Shown piece after piece: positions 27,304 through 35,755 of a stretch of DNA of 52,902 nt (its first letter is position 1; each line of letters opens with the position of its first letter). Both the position numbers and the translations under genes were made by a program. The notes under the pieces were generated by a model. The model had not been told where the DNA came from. It saw nothing but the letters and a program-made list of their open reading frames with translations, and searched no databases. Source of the DNA: an uncultured Gammaproteobacteria bacterium (GTDB lineage Bacteria; Patescibacteriota; Patescibacteriia; UBA9934); the NCBI GenBank assembly GCA_964613815.1, contig CAZTKG010000003.1, positions 1-52,902 on the forward strand. The letters run 5' to 3'.

Positions 27304-28008
27304 TCAGGACGATGTGTTTGGCCTCGGTGTTCTGCCCTCTGCATAGGCCATGACGACCTCTCGCCAGGGCTCGGGGAGCTGAAATTCCGCGCCCCTCAGA
27401 AAGGTCTTGATGTCTTCTGATCCGCGCTGGCGCAGAAGGCTGTAGAGGACATCTGGTGCCATAGAGGTGCAGAGCTGCTCGAACACGGGCAGTCCACTGC
27501 TTGTCACCGCGCGTGCTGCGTGGTCTGGGCTCAGTGTTGCGTCCCTTGCGGCGCTCATGACTTCTAGGAGCGCTCCGAACGCCCTCCTGTTCATTGCGAG
27601 ATGCACTATCACCGCGGCATGGACGAATGTCACCGCAGCCTCTCCCCTTGGGGATTCTCCGGTACGTGCTACTCGAATGAACAGCTCTCTTGCCGTCTCC
27701 AAGGTCATGAAGTCCCGATTGATGAGGAATAGACCGATCATGCCCTCGCTATAACCGATTGATTTGTGAGAGACTTGGTTCAGCTCATCGAGCTCTTGCT
27801 GGAGCTGTCGTGATCTTGCCTCTGCCTGCTCTACGTCAGGTATGACGTAGCGGCGGAAGAGGAGTTCAGAGATGAAGAGAGCGGCAGCGATGGCGCCGAT
27901 GATGATGGAAAGGTCGTGCCTCTTGCTCATCACGCTGATGGCGACGATGAGGGGGATGACGCCGTATGCGGCCAGGCGTCCGTAAAAGATCTTCTTGCTC
28001 GTGAGCAT
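27304..28008 (-). CDS. two-TM hypothetical protein, paralog array member 4
   Basis: Two TM helices joined by SKRHDLSII; C-terminal LCTSMAPDVL...LPEPW. Confidence 0.75.
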   Translation of the reverse strand: MLTSKKIFYGRLAAYGVIPLIVAISVMSKRHDLSIIIGAIAAALFISELLFRRYVIPDVEQAEARSRQLQQELDELNQVSHKSIGYSEGMIGLFLINRDFMTLETARELFIRVARTGESPRGEAAVTFVHAAVIVHLAMNRRAFGALLEVMSAARDATLSPDHAARAVTSSGLPVFEQLCTSMAPDVLYSLLRQRGSEDIKTFLRGAEFQLPEPWREVVMAYAEGRTPRPNTSS

Positions 28009-28048
28009 ATGTTCTCCTGGTTTGATCTTGATGAATCACGAGAGAGAG

Positions 28049-28077
28049 AATTTAGCATCCTTTTCGCTTATTGTCAA
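28049..28077 (-). promoter_or_regulatory. sigma70-type promoter
   Basis: TTGACA-N17(ending TGC)-TAAATT. Confidence 0.6.
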
Positions 28078-28151
28078 TGATTTTTGTGTTCAGACGAGCT
28101 TGACATGGTGCCTGTGTTATGCTATTCTCGTGGTCCTCTTTGGAGCTCCTC

Positions 28152-28382
28152 ATGCCCTCTTCATCTATCTCTTCTCTGTCCCGTGTCGTCCCCGGCGTCG
28201 GCCCTGGTGTTTCCGATTCTGCCGTGCGTCAGGACCTCGCTCGTCGTGGATTCCCGACGCCTCAGCCTGTGACTCCAGCGCCCGCTTCGGCCACCGATCA
28301 GGCGACGGTCGACGACCGCGATCTGCCCAGGCCTGGCCCGCCGCTCGACGTCTATGGCCGCGATGGCCGATTCGGTCGATAG
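28152..28382 (+). CDS. small Pro/Ser-rich hypothetical protein (76 aa)
   Basis: Upstream TTGACA-N17-TATGCT, GGAG RBS, and a downstream hairpin + T-run (AACGCTCCGAA...TTCGGGCGTTTTTTT). Confidence 0.45.
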   Translation: MPSSSISSLSRVVPGVGPGVSDSAVRQDLARRGFPTPQPVTPAPASATDQATVDDRDLPRPGPPLDVYGRDGRFGR

Positions 28383-28467
28383 CGCCCCCTCTCAACGCTC
28401 CGAATGTTCGGGCGTTTTTTTTGATGTGCTGGGAGCACATCAAAAAAACGCCCTCCTTGCGGGAGGA

Positions 28468-28836
28468 CTAGGTGGTCACTGGAGCGACGGTGATGCTGGG
28501 CCGCTCGTTGTCGCGGACCATGCGTATCTCGTGGACGATGTGGAACAGGGTCATGAGCGTCGCAGCTCCTGTAGCGAAGCCGTTTGCGATCGCGGGGTCG
28601 ATTCCTTCCAGCCTTGTGACGTATAGAGAGAGGATGAATCCTACGCCAAGCCAGATGCGTAAGAACTGCATGTTCATGGGCAGATCTCTGCCCTCACTGC
28701 GGCGTTCTTGGATGAAGATGGCCATGAAAGCAAGGCCTGCGATCGCCTTCATGACCAGACTGTGCCAGATCAGCATCGATGAGATGAGCATGACGAGGTA
28801 GGTGAGGAAGCGAAAGAGCCGGTGTGGTCCGAACAT
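28468..28836 (-). CDS. small membrane protein
   Basis: 122 aa with about 4 hydrophobic segments; GGAGAA RBS. Confidence 0.65.
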   Translation of the reverse strand: MFGPHRLFRFLTYLVMLISSMLIWHSLVMKAIAGLAFMAIFIQERRSEGRDLPMNMQFLRIWLGVGFILSLYVTRLEGIDPAIANGFATGAATLMTLFHIVHEIRMVRDNERPSITVAPVTT

Positions 28837-28965
28837 GTGTTCTCCGGGAATGTACGTTAAGCCTGGCGGATTTTTTGGGTTTTGTCAAGAGTGGAAATAA
28901 ATAACCCCTCCGGATTCCAGAGCCCTTGCGGGATGGAATCGGAGGTGGCGAGGGAGTAGCGCGCG

Positions 28966-29817
28966 CTACTCGGGGGCGAGGGCAGCGACGCGGGGCGTGA
29001 TCGGCAGGAACTCGGGGACGGTGAAGTTCGGGTTCCGGTTGCCGATGTTGAGGCCCTCGACGACGATGCCGCTCGTCCTGGTCCGGTCCGGACCGATCGT
29101 CGGGATGAAGGTTCCGAACTGGCCCTTGGCGATGGCGTAGCGGAGGCCGGCCATGGCCATGCCGGGAAGCTCGCCCATGGACAGGGCCTTGAGGAGCTGC
29201 GGGAACTGCCAGAGCAGGGCCAGGAGCTCGATGCCCATGGAGCTCGTGCTCCTCGCGTCGGCGATGGAGCGTCGAACGGCGTGGCTGCTGAGATCGCAGG
29301 CGAACCACTCCAGGCCGGTGGCGACAGCTCGACTCCGACGGAACGGTCGGAGCGCGTCGGGGAGCTCCATCCAGACCGTGCCCGGGATCTCGAGCTCGGC
29401 GCCGAGGCGGCGGAGGATCTCCATGTTGGCGACGAACTCTCCCTGGATTTCGTCGGCGAGGTTGATGCGGACGCCGAGGAAGCTCATCGGCCCCTTCGGC
29501 CAGGACGGCGCTGCGGCGATGATGCGATCGATCTCCGCTTCGGGGATCTCGAGGTCGTACGCGTAGGCGGCGGCCTCGACCTGAGCGACGATGTCCTCGG
29601 GGTCCTTCTGGAAGGGGTTCTCGAGGTCGAGACGCAGGGCGTGCGAGATGGCCTGGGTCATCAGCTCCTTGCTGTCGGGGTCGCGCATGCGACCGTCGAG
29701 GCGATCGATGTCGACGTTGTTCGCGATCACGGTCGCGAGTCCGAGGACGTTGCCTGTGTAGGCGCGGAAGCGTCGCTGATCTGCGACTTCCTGAGCGGCG
29801 GTGGATTCTGCGGACAT
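28966..29817 (-). CDS. hypothetical protein
   Basis: Strong GC-rich codon bias; consensus promoter upstream; start placed at ATG 29817. Confidence 0.72.
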   Translation of the reverse strand: MSAESTAAQEVADQRRFRAYTGNVLGLATVIANNVDIDRLDGRMRDPDSKELMTQAISHALRLDLENPFQKDPEDIVAQVEAAAYAYDLEIPEAEIDRIIAAAPSWPKGPMSFLGVRINLADEIQGEFVANMEILRRLGAELEIPGTVWMELPDALRPFRRSRAVATGLEWFACDLSSHAVRRSIADARSTSSMGIELLALLWQFPQLLKALSMGELPGMAMAGLRYAIAKGQFGTFIPTIGPDRTRTSGIVVEGLNIGNRNPNFTVPEFLPITPRVAALAPE

Positions 29818-29872
29818 GATGGTCTCCTGATGGATGGAATGATCGGGGTGTGCACGGGTGTACAACTGGCGA

Positions 29873-29901
29873 ATATTAGCAGACTTCGTCGATTTTGTCA
29901 A
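29873..29901 (-). promoter_or_regulatory. sigma70-type promoter
   Basis: TTGACA-N17(ending TGC)-TAATAT. Confidence 0.6.
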
Positions 29902-29915
29902 TGCCCTGACCCTTC

Positions 29916-29992
29916 CCCATCCCGACCGAAGTGGGGGGATCTTCCGAAGGTATAGCGCAAACGCAAGATCCCTCCACTTCGGTCGGGATGGG
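29916..29992. repeat. REP-like inverted doublet
   Basis: 28-bp arms CCCATCCCGACCGAAGTGG(G/A)GGGATCTT in inverted orientation (29916-29943, 29965-29992), one mismatch. Confidence 0.85.
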
Positions 29993-30195
29993 ACCAGGAT
30001 GGGTTTCTGATGTTTGTATTAGATGTTATCCACAATTATTTGACAAAATTCTCTTCTCGATTCATGATCGAAGTATATGCAGATTCATTCATCACAGTAT
30101 TGGCCCAAGACGAACATGCCTCTCCGAGGTTCGCTGTTTTGTATTACCCGCCTCGGGAATACCGGCCGTCTGATGTAAGCAATCTGTCCAAAGAA

Positions 30196-30296
30196 GACCC
30201 TTACACGACTGCCGAAAATCACGGCAGTCGTTTTGTATAAGGGTCCGCATCTGAAGCGCTTAGGCGCGGGCCCTGATGCAGGGCTCGCGCTCTTTT
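30196..30296 (+). promoter_or_regulatory. structured 5' leader with terminator-like hairpin
   Basis: Stem GACCCTTA..GACTGCCG/CGGCAGTC..TAAGGGTC (30196-30245), then GCGCGGGCCCTG/CAGGGCTCGCGC + TCTTTT ending 15 nt before the racemase ATG. Confidence 0.5.
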
Positions 30297-30311
30297 ACAC
30301 GAGGAAAACGA

Positions 30312-30992
30312 ATGAAGACGATTGGAATTGTTGGCGGTCTTGGGCCGCTTGCGGGCATCTCGTTTGCTCAGCATTTGGTTGAAATCGGACAGGAAATGGG
30401 GTTTGCCGCAGACCAGCAGCATGCTCCGTGGATCCTGATGAATCGTCCTGGCGATGTGCCGGATAGAACAGATTCGCTCCTTCTGGGTGGCGTGGACTTT
30501 GTCCCGCCAATCCTGGACCAGCTCGCAGCGCTCAGGCGCTCGGGTGCGGACGTCGGGGTGATTGCGTGCAATACGGCGCATGTAGCTTGGGAGATGATTC
30601 GTCAGGCGGCGCCGATGCCGATGATGAGCATTGTTCACGAGACGGTTCGGTACGTTTGTGATCGATATCCGTCTGGAAACATTGGATTGTTGGCGACGGA
30701 TGGATCTTTGAAGCTTCGGCTGTATGCAGATCCACTTGAAGCGGCTGGCTACGAGGTTTTGACGCCTCGTTCGCGCTCTGTGCATGACGCTATTCTGGCC
30801 ATTAAGGCTGGGCGTCTCATGCATGCGCGGCGGATTCTGAGTCGTTGCGCTGGTGAACTGGAAGATCGTGACTGCTCGGCGATTGTGCTTGGCTGTACCG
30901 AGATTCCGCTTGCTCTGAAGTCTTTCCCTACCCCCCTCATCAACCCCACGCGTATTTTGGCTGAGGCTGCGATGCGCTTTTCCCTGGAGTAA
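30312..30992 (+). CDS. aspartate/glutamate racemase family protein
   Basis: MKTIGIVGGLGP, VPDRT, IACNTAH, GLLATDGS, VLGCTEIPL; both catalytic Cys present. Confidence 0.92.
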   Translation: MKTIGIVGGLGPLAGISFAQHLVEIGQEMGFAADQQHAPWILMNRPGDVPDRTDSLLLGGVDFVPPILDQLAALRRSGADVGVIACNTAHVAWEMIRQAAPMPMMSIVHETVRYVCDRYPSGNIGLLATDGSLKLRLYADPLEAAGYEVLTPRSRSVHDAILAIKAGRLMHARRILSRCAGELEDRDCSAIVLGCTEIPLALKSFPTPLINPTRILAEAAMRFSLE

Positions 30993-30995
30993 GAC

Positions 30996-32369
30996 ATGTC
31001 TCGCAATAGATTTGCTGCGGACTACATTTACGAATACCTCAACCAGAGCGCCATTTGGCTGCGCTGCGATGGAGGTACCGAGATCGGGCATTCTGCCCTG
31101 TACCTTCCCCATTCGGCCGTTTTGCGGCTCGAGCACTCAGAGGAGAGTGTTCGAGTGGCGACCGGCGAGATCCTTGCGGAGATCGCCCAGGTGACGCACT
31201 CGAACGGGACGGCATCGGTTCATCCGGCTGGCAACAGCTTGGAGGCCGTGCAGGCGGCGGTGATGCAGCTTCACGCTGCTGATCCTGGTCGGCATACGCT
31301 GCTGTTTGAGGGGTACTTTGCCTCAAGCGCAAATGAGCATCGGGACCGGAATCTGGCGCTTGCGCACTGGTGGGAAGAGATGGATCCGCGCCACACCGTG
31401 ATCCATCCTGACCCGCAGGCCAGTGACCGCTGGAACGACAAGACGCACTTCCGGTCGATTTCGAAGGCGATTCTTGGTGACCATAGCGTGCCTCATGGGT
31501 TCAGCTTGATCTCGCCTCAGTTTGCTGATGTTCAGCGGCTCGGTCACCTGCTCTTTGAGCGCGGGGCTGGGTCGGTGATTCTGAAGCGGGCTGGTGGCGG
31601 TGGACTCACGAACCACATCTGGGGGAGCGCGGCGGCGTTTACCGAGAGCGACTTTGACCGGCTGTGCAAGGCGGATCTGAGCGGTGGGCACGCGAACTGG
31701 ATGTCGGTGGAGGCGTGGATTCCCTGGGAGATCAGCGGGATCTGCAGCTTCTTCGCCAGTTCTGATCACTCGATCCGGCATATGCATCTCGCTCAGCAGA
31801 TGCTGTCGCCGAAGAGCGCTGGGTTCATTGGTTCCCAGTCCTGGACGAGCCTTTCTGAGGCCGACCAGGAGGCGGTGATTCTGCACTCGAGTCGACTGGT
31901 TGAGAAGGCCTACCGTGATGGGATCGAAGGGTTCTGCGGGGTGGACTTCGTGGTCTGTGCTGAGGGGGTAACAACGGGGATTCCCCTTCCCTCTCGGCGC
32001 AAGCTGCTGTTCATTGAGGCGACCCCTCGCATCGGTGGACACAACCAGGAGTCCAAGCTGGCGGCGATGGTTGCGCATGGGCGCGGGATCGGTCTGCATG
32101 ACATGGCTTGGGCTCGGGTTGGGAACAGGCCCTGGGCTGGCGTTGGTCGCGATGAGACGTATGTGGCGATGAAGGCTCTTCAGCGCGGGCAGACGACGCG
32201 GCTGATTGCATCGTCTACGCTCGATCATGGGCCGTGCATGCTGCTTGACTGCAACCACCGCAAGCCGAGCATCTACGACGCGATCTTTCTTGCGTGCCGG
32301 AAGAAGAAGCTGGCGGGGATGGAAGAGGCGTTGCGGCGGCTTGATGATGCTGGCGTGCTTCGGACGTGA
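30996..32369 (+). CDS. ATP-grasp superfamily ligase (PGM1/peptide-ligase-like)
   Basis: WNDKTHF, VILKRAGGGG, SVEAWI, GFCGVDF, FIEATPRIGG correspond to ATP-grasp landmarks (the usual E-x-N-x-R is E-A-T-P-R here). Confidence 0.7.
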   Translation: MSRNRFAADYIYEYLNQSAIWLRCDGGTEIGHSALYLPHSAVLRLEHSEESVRVATGEILAEIAQVTHSNGTASVHPAGNSLEAVQAAVMQLHAADPGRHTLLFEGYFASSANEHRDRNLALAHWWEEMDPRHTVIHPDPQASDRWNDKTHFRSISKAILGDHSVPHGFSLISPQFADVQRLGHLLFERGAGSVILKRAGGGGLTNHIWGSAAAFTESDFDRLCKADLSGGHANWMSVEAWIPWEISGICSFFASSDHSIRHMHLAQQMLSPKSAGFIGSQSWTSLSEADQEAVILHSSRLVEKAYRDGIEGFCGVDFVVCAEGVTTGIPLPSRRKLLFIEATPRIGGHNQESKLAAMVAHGRGIGLHDMAWARVGNRPWAGVGRDETYVAMKALQRGQTTRLIASSTLDHGPCMLLDCNHRKPSIYDAIFLACRKKKLAGMEEALRRLDDAGVLRT

Positions 32370-32422
32370 TTCCTTGGAGTGACAGGTCGTGTTTTTATGC
32401 GGCCTGTCGGTTAATTTTTTCT

Positions 32423-33490
32423 ATGAATGCATTACGACAACATGGTGTGCAGTTTGGTGCCTTGCCGGCGACGGAGAATAATCATATCGCGGATATTGAC
32501 GGTGTTGGGATTGGGCATGTGACTGTGCATGATGGAGGGATTCACACCGGAATTACGCTTGTGAAACCTCATGATGGGGATGTGTTTCGCGAAAAGGCGT
32601 TTGCGGGGTTTTATGCGGGGAATGGGTTTGGGAAGTGCGTTGGATCTACACAGGTCGAGGAGCTTGGGAATATTGAAAGCATTCTTGGGCTGACGAATAC
32701 GCTTGCGGTTGGGACGGTTTTGCAGGAGCTTGTTCGTTATCATGTGCATCTTGATAAGGATATTGGCTCGATTAACGTCTTTGTTGGGGAGACGAATGAT
32801 GGATTTTTGAATGACATCTCTTCCCTGCCGATTACGGCGGATCATGTGAAAAAGGCTGTTTATGATGTTCGTGAGAGGAATTTTTCGCAGGGGGCGATTG
32901 GCGCTGGAGCTGGGACTCGGGCGTTTGGGTTTAAGGGCGGAATCGGGTCTGCTAGCCGTGTGATAGAGCCTGTTTTTACGAAGACGCATGAGCGGTTTAC
33001 GCTGGGGGTTTTGATGCAGTCGAATTATGGTGGGTTTTTGCGGTTGCACGGGAAGGAGATTTGGCGACGGCTTGGGGGGAATCGGATGCAGACGGAGATT
33101 GATGCGTTGAAGGCGGGAGGGTCTTGTATGATTTTGGTAGCGACGGATGCACCGCTTTTACCTCGGCAGTTGAAACGGCTAGCGAGGAGAGCTTTCTCTA
33201 CGCTCACTCGGACAGGATCATTCATCTCTCACGGAAGCGGTGATTATGCACTTGCGTGGAGCACGCATCCCAGCTCTCGCGTGCGCACGGATGATTATTC
33301 TGCTCGGTGGAATCAGGGGCCGTACCTTAGTGATGCAAGCATTGATCCGTTTTTTGCGGCGGTCTGTGATGCGACGGAGGAGGCACTTTGGAATAGCATC
33401 ACGACTTCCGAGACGGTGCATGGGTATAAAGGAGAGATCAAAAGATTAACTTGTGAAGAAATTCTTGAAGCGATGAACTATGATTACTGA
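32423..33490 (+). CDS. dmpA: P1/S58 family aminopeptidase (DmpA-like D-aminopeptidase)
   Basis: NHIADIDGVGIGH, NGFGK, LTNTLAVG, ETNDGFLND, GAGAGTRAFGFKGGIGSASR, G|SC autocleavage site, VATDAPL, HGSGD. Confidence 0.88.
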   Translation: MNALRQHGVQFGALPATENNHIADIDGVGIGHVTVHDGGIHTGITLVKPHDGDVFREKAFAGFYAGNGFGKCVGSTQVEELGNIESILGLTNTLAVGTVLQELVRYHVHLDKDIGSINVFVGETNDGFLNDISSLPITADHVKKAVYDVRERNFSQGAIGAGAGTRAFGFKGGIGSASRVIEPVFTKTHERFTLGVLMQSNYGGFLRLHGKEIWRRLGGNRMQTEIDALKAGGSCMILVATDAPLLPRQLKRLARRAFSTLTRTGSFISHGSGDYALAWSTHPSSRVRTDDYSARWNQGPYLSDASIDPFFAAVCDATEEALWNSITTSETVHGYKGEIKRLTCEEILEAMNYDY

Positions 33491-34652
33491 CATACAACAA
33501 GCTCTTCGTGATAGCGGCATTGATACCTGGCTGCTTGTGAACTTTCGGCATCGGAATAATTTGATGAATGAGTTGTTTGGGCTGGATACGAGGTCTACGA
33601 TGTCTCGGCGGTGCGCGTATGTGATCCCTGCTGACGGGGAGCCTGTGAAGATTTTGCATACCATTGAGCAGGATCAGCTCCCTGATCTTGATGGCGCTGT
33701 TGAGATCTATTGTGGCTGGCGGGAGTATGAGGCTGCACTCATGAAGGCTGGTGGGGCTGGGCGCGTGATTGCGATGGAATATTCGCCTCATAATGCGATT
33801 CCTACGATCGCGACCGTGGATGCCGGGACGGTTGACTTGATGCGATCGACGGGAGCTCGGGTTGTGTCTTCTGCGGATTTAGCGCAGCTGTTTAATGCGG
33901 TTTGGAGTTACGAGCAGTATGAATGTCATTTGCGGGCAGCTCGCGTACTACAGGCCTGTAAGGATGCGGCGTTTGGAGAGATTCGTCGGGTGGTTGATGA
34001 GGCTGGTGAGGTTCGTGAGTATGCTATTCAGCAGTTTATGATGCGGTTTATGAAGGCGCGCGGAATGGTGACGGATCATGCGCCGATCGTTGCGGCGAAC
34101 GGGAATAGTGCGCGGCCGCATTATGCGCCTTCTGCTCATGATAGCGCCGTGATTAGGGATGGGGATTTTGTGCTTTTGGATCTTTGGTGCAAGGAGAAAT
34201 CGGTAGGATCTGTTTATGCAGATATTACGTGGACGGGATCTTTAGGCGCTGCTTCTGATCGGCATCGTGAGATTTTTCGTATTGTTGCTGAGGCGAGGGA
34301 TGTGGCGCTTGCGTTTGTGCGAAGATCCTTTAGTGCTGGTCGTGATGTCAGCGGTGCTCAGATCGATGATGTTTGCCGTGGAGCCATTGAACGTGCTGGG
34401 TATGGCAAATATTTTATTCATCGGACTGGGCACTCCATTGGGGAGGAGTGTCATGGGAATGGAGCGAATATTGATAATTTGGAGACGAAAGATGTGCGGA
34501 AAATTTTGCCAATGACGTGCTTTTCGATTGAGCCTGGAGTGTATTTGCCTGGGGAATTTGGCGTGCGGAGTGAGATTGATGTGTTCGTGCATGCGGATGG
34601 GCGCGTGGAGGAGACTGGGAGCGGGGTTCAGCGGGAGATTTTGGAGATATAA
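33480..34652 (+). CDS. M24 family Xaa-Pro aminopeptidase-like protein
   Basis: N-terminal creatinase-like domain; PHY, LLDLW...YADITWT, HRTGHSIG, SIEPGVY, GVRSEID. Confidence 0.9.
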   Translation: MITDIQQALRDSGIDTWLLVNFRHRNNLMNELFGLDTRSTMSRRCAYVIPADGEPVKILHTIEQDQLPDLDGAVEIYCGWREYEAALMKAGGAGRVIAMEYSPHNAIPTIATVDAGTVDLMRSTGARVVSSADLAQLFNAVWSYEQYECHLRAARVLQACKDAAFGEIRRVVDEAGEVREYAIQQFMMRFMKARGMVTDHAPIVAANGNSARPHYAPSAHDSAVIRDGDFVLLDLWCKEKSVGSVYADITWTGSLGAASDRHREIFRIVAEARDVALAFVRRSFSAGRDVSGAQIDDVCRGAIERAGYGKYFIHRTGHSIGEECHGNGANIDNLETKDVRKILPMTCFSIEPGVYLPGEFGVRSEIDVFVHADGRVEETGSGVQREILEI

Positions 34653-34678
34653 AAAACCGCCCGGAGGAGCCGGGGCGG
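34652..34678. terminator. terminator hairpin, copy 1 of an identical 27-nt pair
   Basis: AAAAACCGCCCGGAGGAGCCGGGGCGG; identical sequence at 35705..35731. Confidence 0.7.
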
Positions 34679-34694
34679 TGATGAGGCGAAGCTC

Positions 34695-35588
34695 CTAGTA
34701 TGTGGCCTTCTTGGCGGCCTCGCAGTCTGCCATGAGTGCAGCGGTGTCGGCCTGTAGCACAGCATCGCTCTTGCCGGAGAGCCGCCACCATTCGGTGACG
34801 CGCTCCAGGTGCTGCGATTGGCAGAGCCAGTAGCCTGGAGGAGCGTCTACCCATCCGTTCTCGGCGTCGGACCACACCCGGGTGGTGCAGTCCGATGCGT
34901 TGTAGTAGAGCTCCTTCGCGCGGTCTGCCACCCTCCCTGCAGCCGCCTGAGCACGAGAGATCTCTCCGGCAGCCATCAGCAAGTCGTAGCCCTTGCGATG
35001 CGTGTCGTAGGTTGGCTCCGTATTGCAGCCTTCGCAGCTCCCCGGGATAGCATTGGCCATACTATCGGCGTAATGGAGCTCCCAGGTCTTTACGTCCGGC
35101 GTCAGCCCGAGCGCTTTTGCGAGGTCGCGCATCTGCAGCAGGAAGAGCGGCTGGTCGTCTTCGTGCGTATGGTATGCAGAGATCGGTGTGAAGCAGTCTG
35201 CCATCGTGTCTCGATCCCTGAATACGAGAGCTGCCTCGTCGGGACCGTTCGGGCCGTCAGGGTCTGTCCCGAGCAGCTTGATCGCCCAGTTGTAGTAGTC
35301 GTTCGCGAACTTGCGAAGACCTTTCGGATCGACCTTCAGCCATGCGAGCGGCACACTGACCTTGATGTCGAAGGCGTGATCGCCCTTGGTGAGTACCTGA
35401 TAGTACTCCGCGAAGTACTCGCTCGTGATCTTGCCACATCGATGGAGATGCGCAGCTGCCTCCGCTGACAACTTGGTCAAGTCGCTATTCGCGACCTGGA
35501 GTTCGTCCTCGTAGCGCCGCACGAAACAGTTATCAGTCGGTTCCGCAGCCTGCACGGATGTGACTGCCAGAAGAACGGAAAGGATCAT
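34695..35588 (-). CDS. secreted Cys-containing hypothetical protein, paralog A
   Basis: Signal peptide; shares DYY.WAI, CEGC, H..GY..LM and LCQ...LE..T.WW..(S/A)G with 35756..36643. Confidence 0.78.
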   Translation of the reverse strand: MILSVLLAVTSVQAAEPTDNCFVRRYEDELQVANSDLTKLSAEAAAHLHRCGKITSEYFAEYYQVLTKGDHAFDIKVSVPLAWLKVDPKGLRKFANDYYNWAIKLLGTDPDGPNGPDEAALVFRDRDTMADCFTPISAYHTHEDDQPLFLLQMRDLAKALGLTPDVKTWELHYADSMANAIPGSCEGCNTEPTYDTHRKGYDLLMAAGEISRAQAAAGRVADRAKELYYNASDCTTRVWSDAENGWVDAPPGYWLCQSQHLERVTEWWRLSGKSDAVLQADTAALMADCEAAKKATY

Positions 35589-35704
35589 GGTACCTCCGGT
35601 ACGTTGTTTGCGCCTAGAGGCTAGCATGCGAACTTGTCTTTGTCAATATCGTTCTTGTGATTTCTCCATCCTGAGGAGGGAAATAGAGACGCTTTTGTCA
35701 ATTT

Positions 35705-35731
35705 AAAAACCGCCCGGAGGAGCCGGGGCGG
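35705..35731. terminator. terminator hairpin, copy 2
   Basis: Identical to 34652..34678. Confidence 0.7.
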
Positions 35732-35755
35732 CTTGAGTGAGTCTGCAGGAAGGAC

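Noticed and set aside
24800-29900. Integron cassette array or tRNA-integrated prophage/genomic island
   Set aside because: No attC core/inverse-core pairs, integrase, phage structural genes or duplicated tRNA 3' end were found; the GTTA motifs are promoter -10 elements.
30026-30034. Perfect DnaA box TTATCCACA as a hint of oriC
   Set aside because: Single box, no cluster, no DUE and no dnaA/dnaN nearby.
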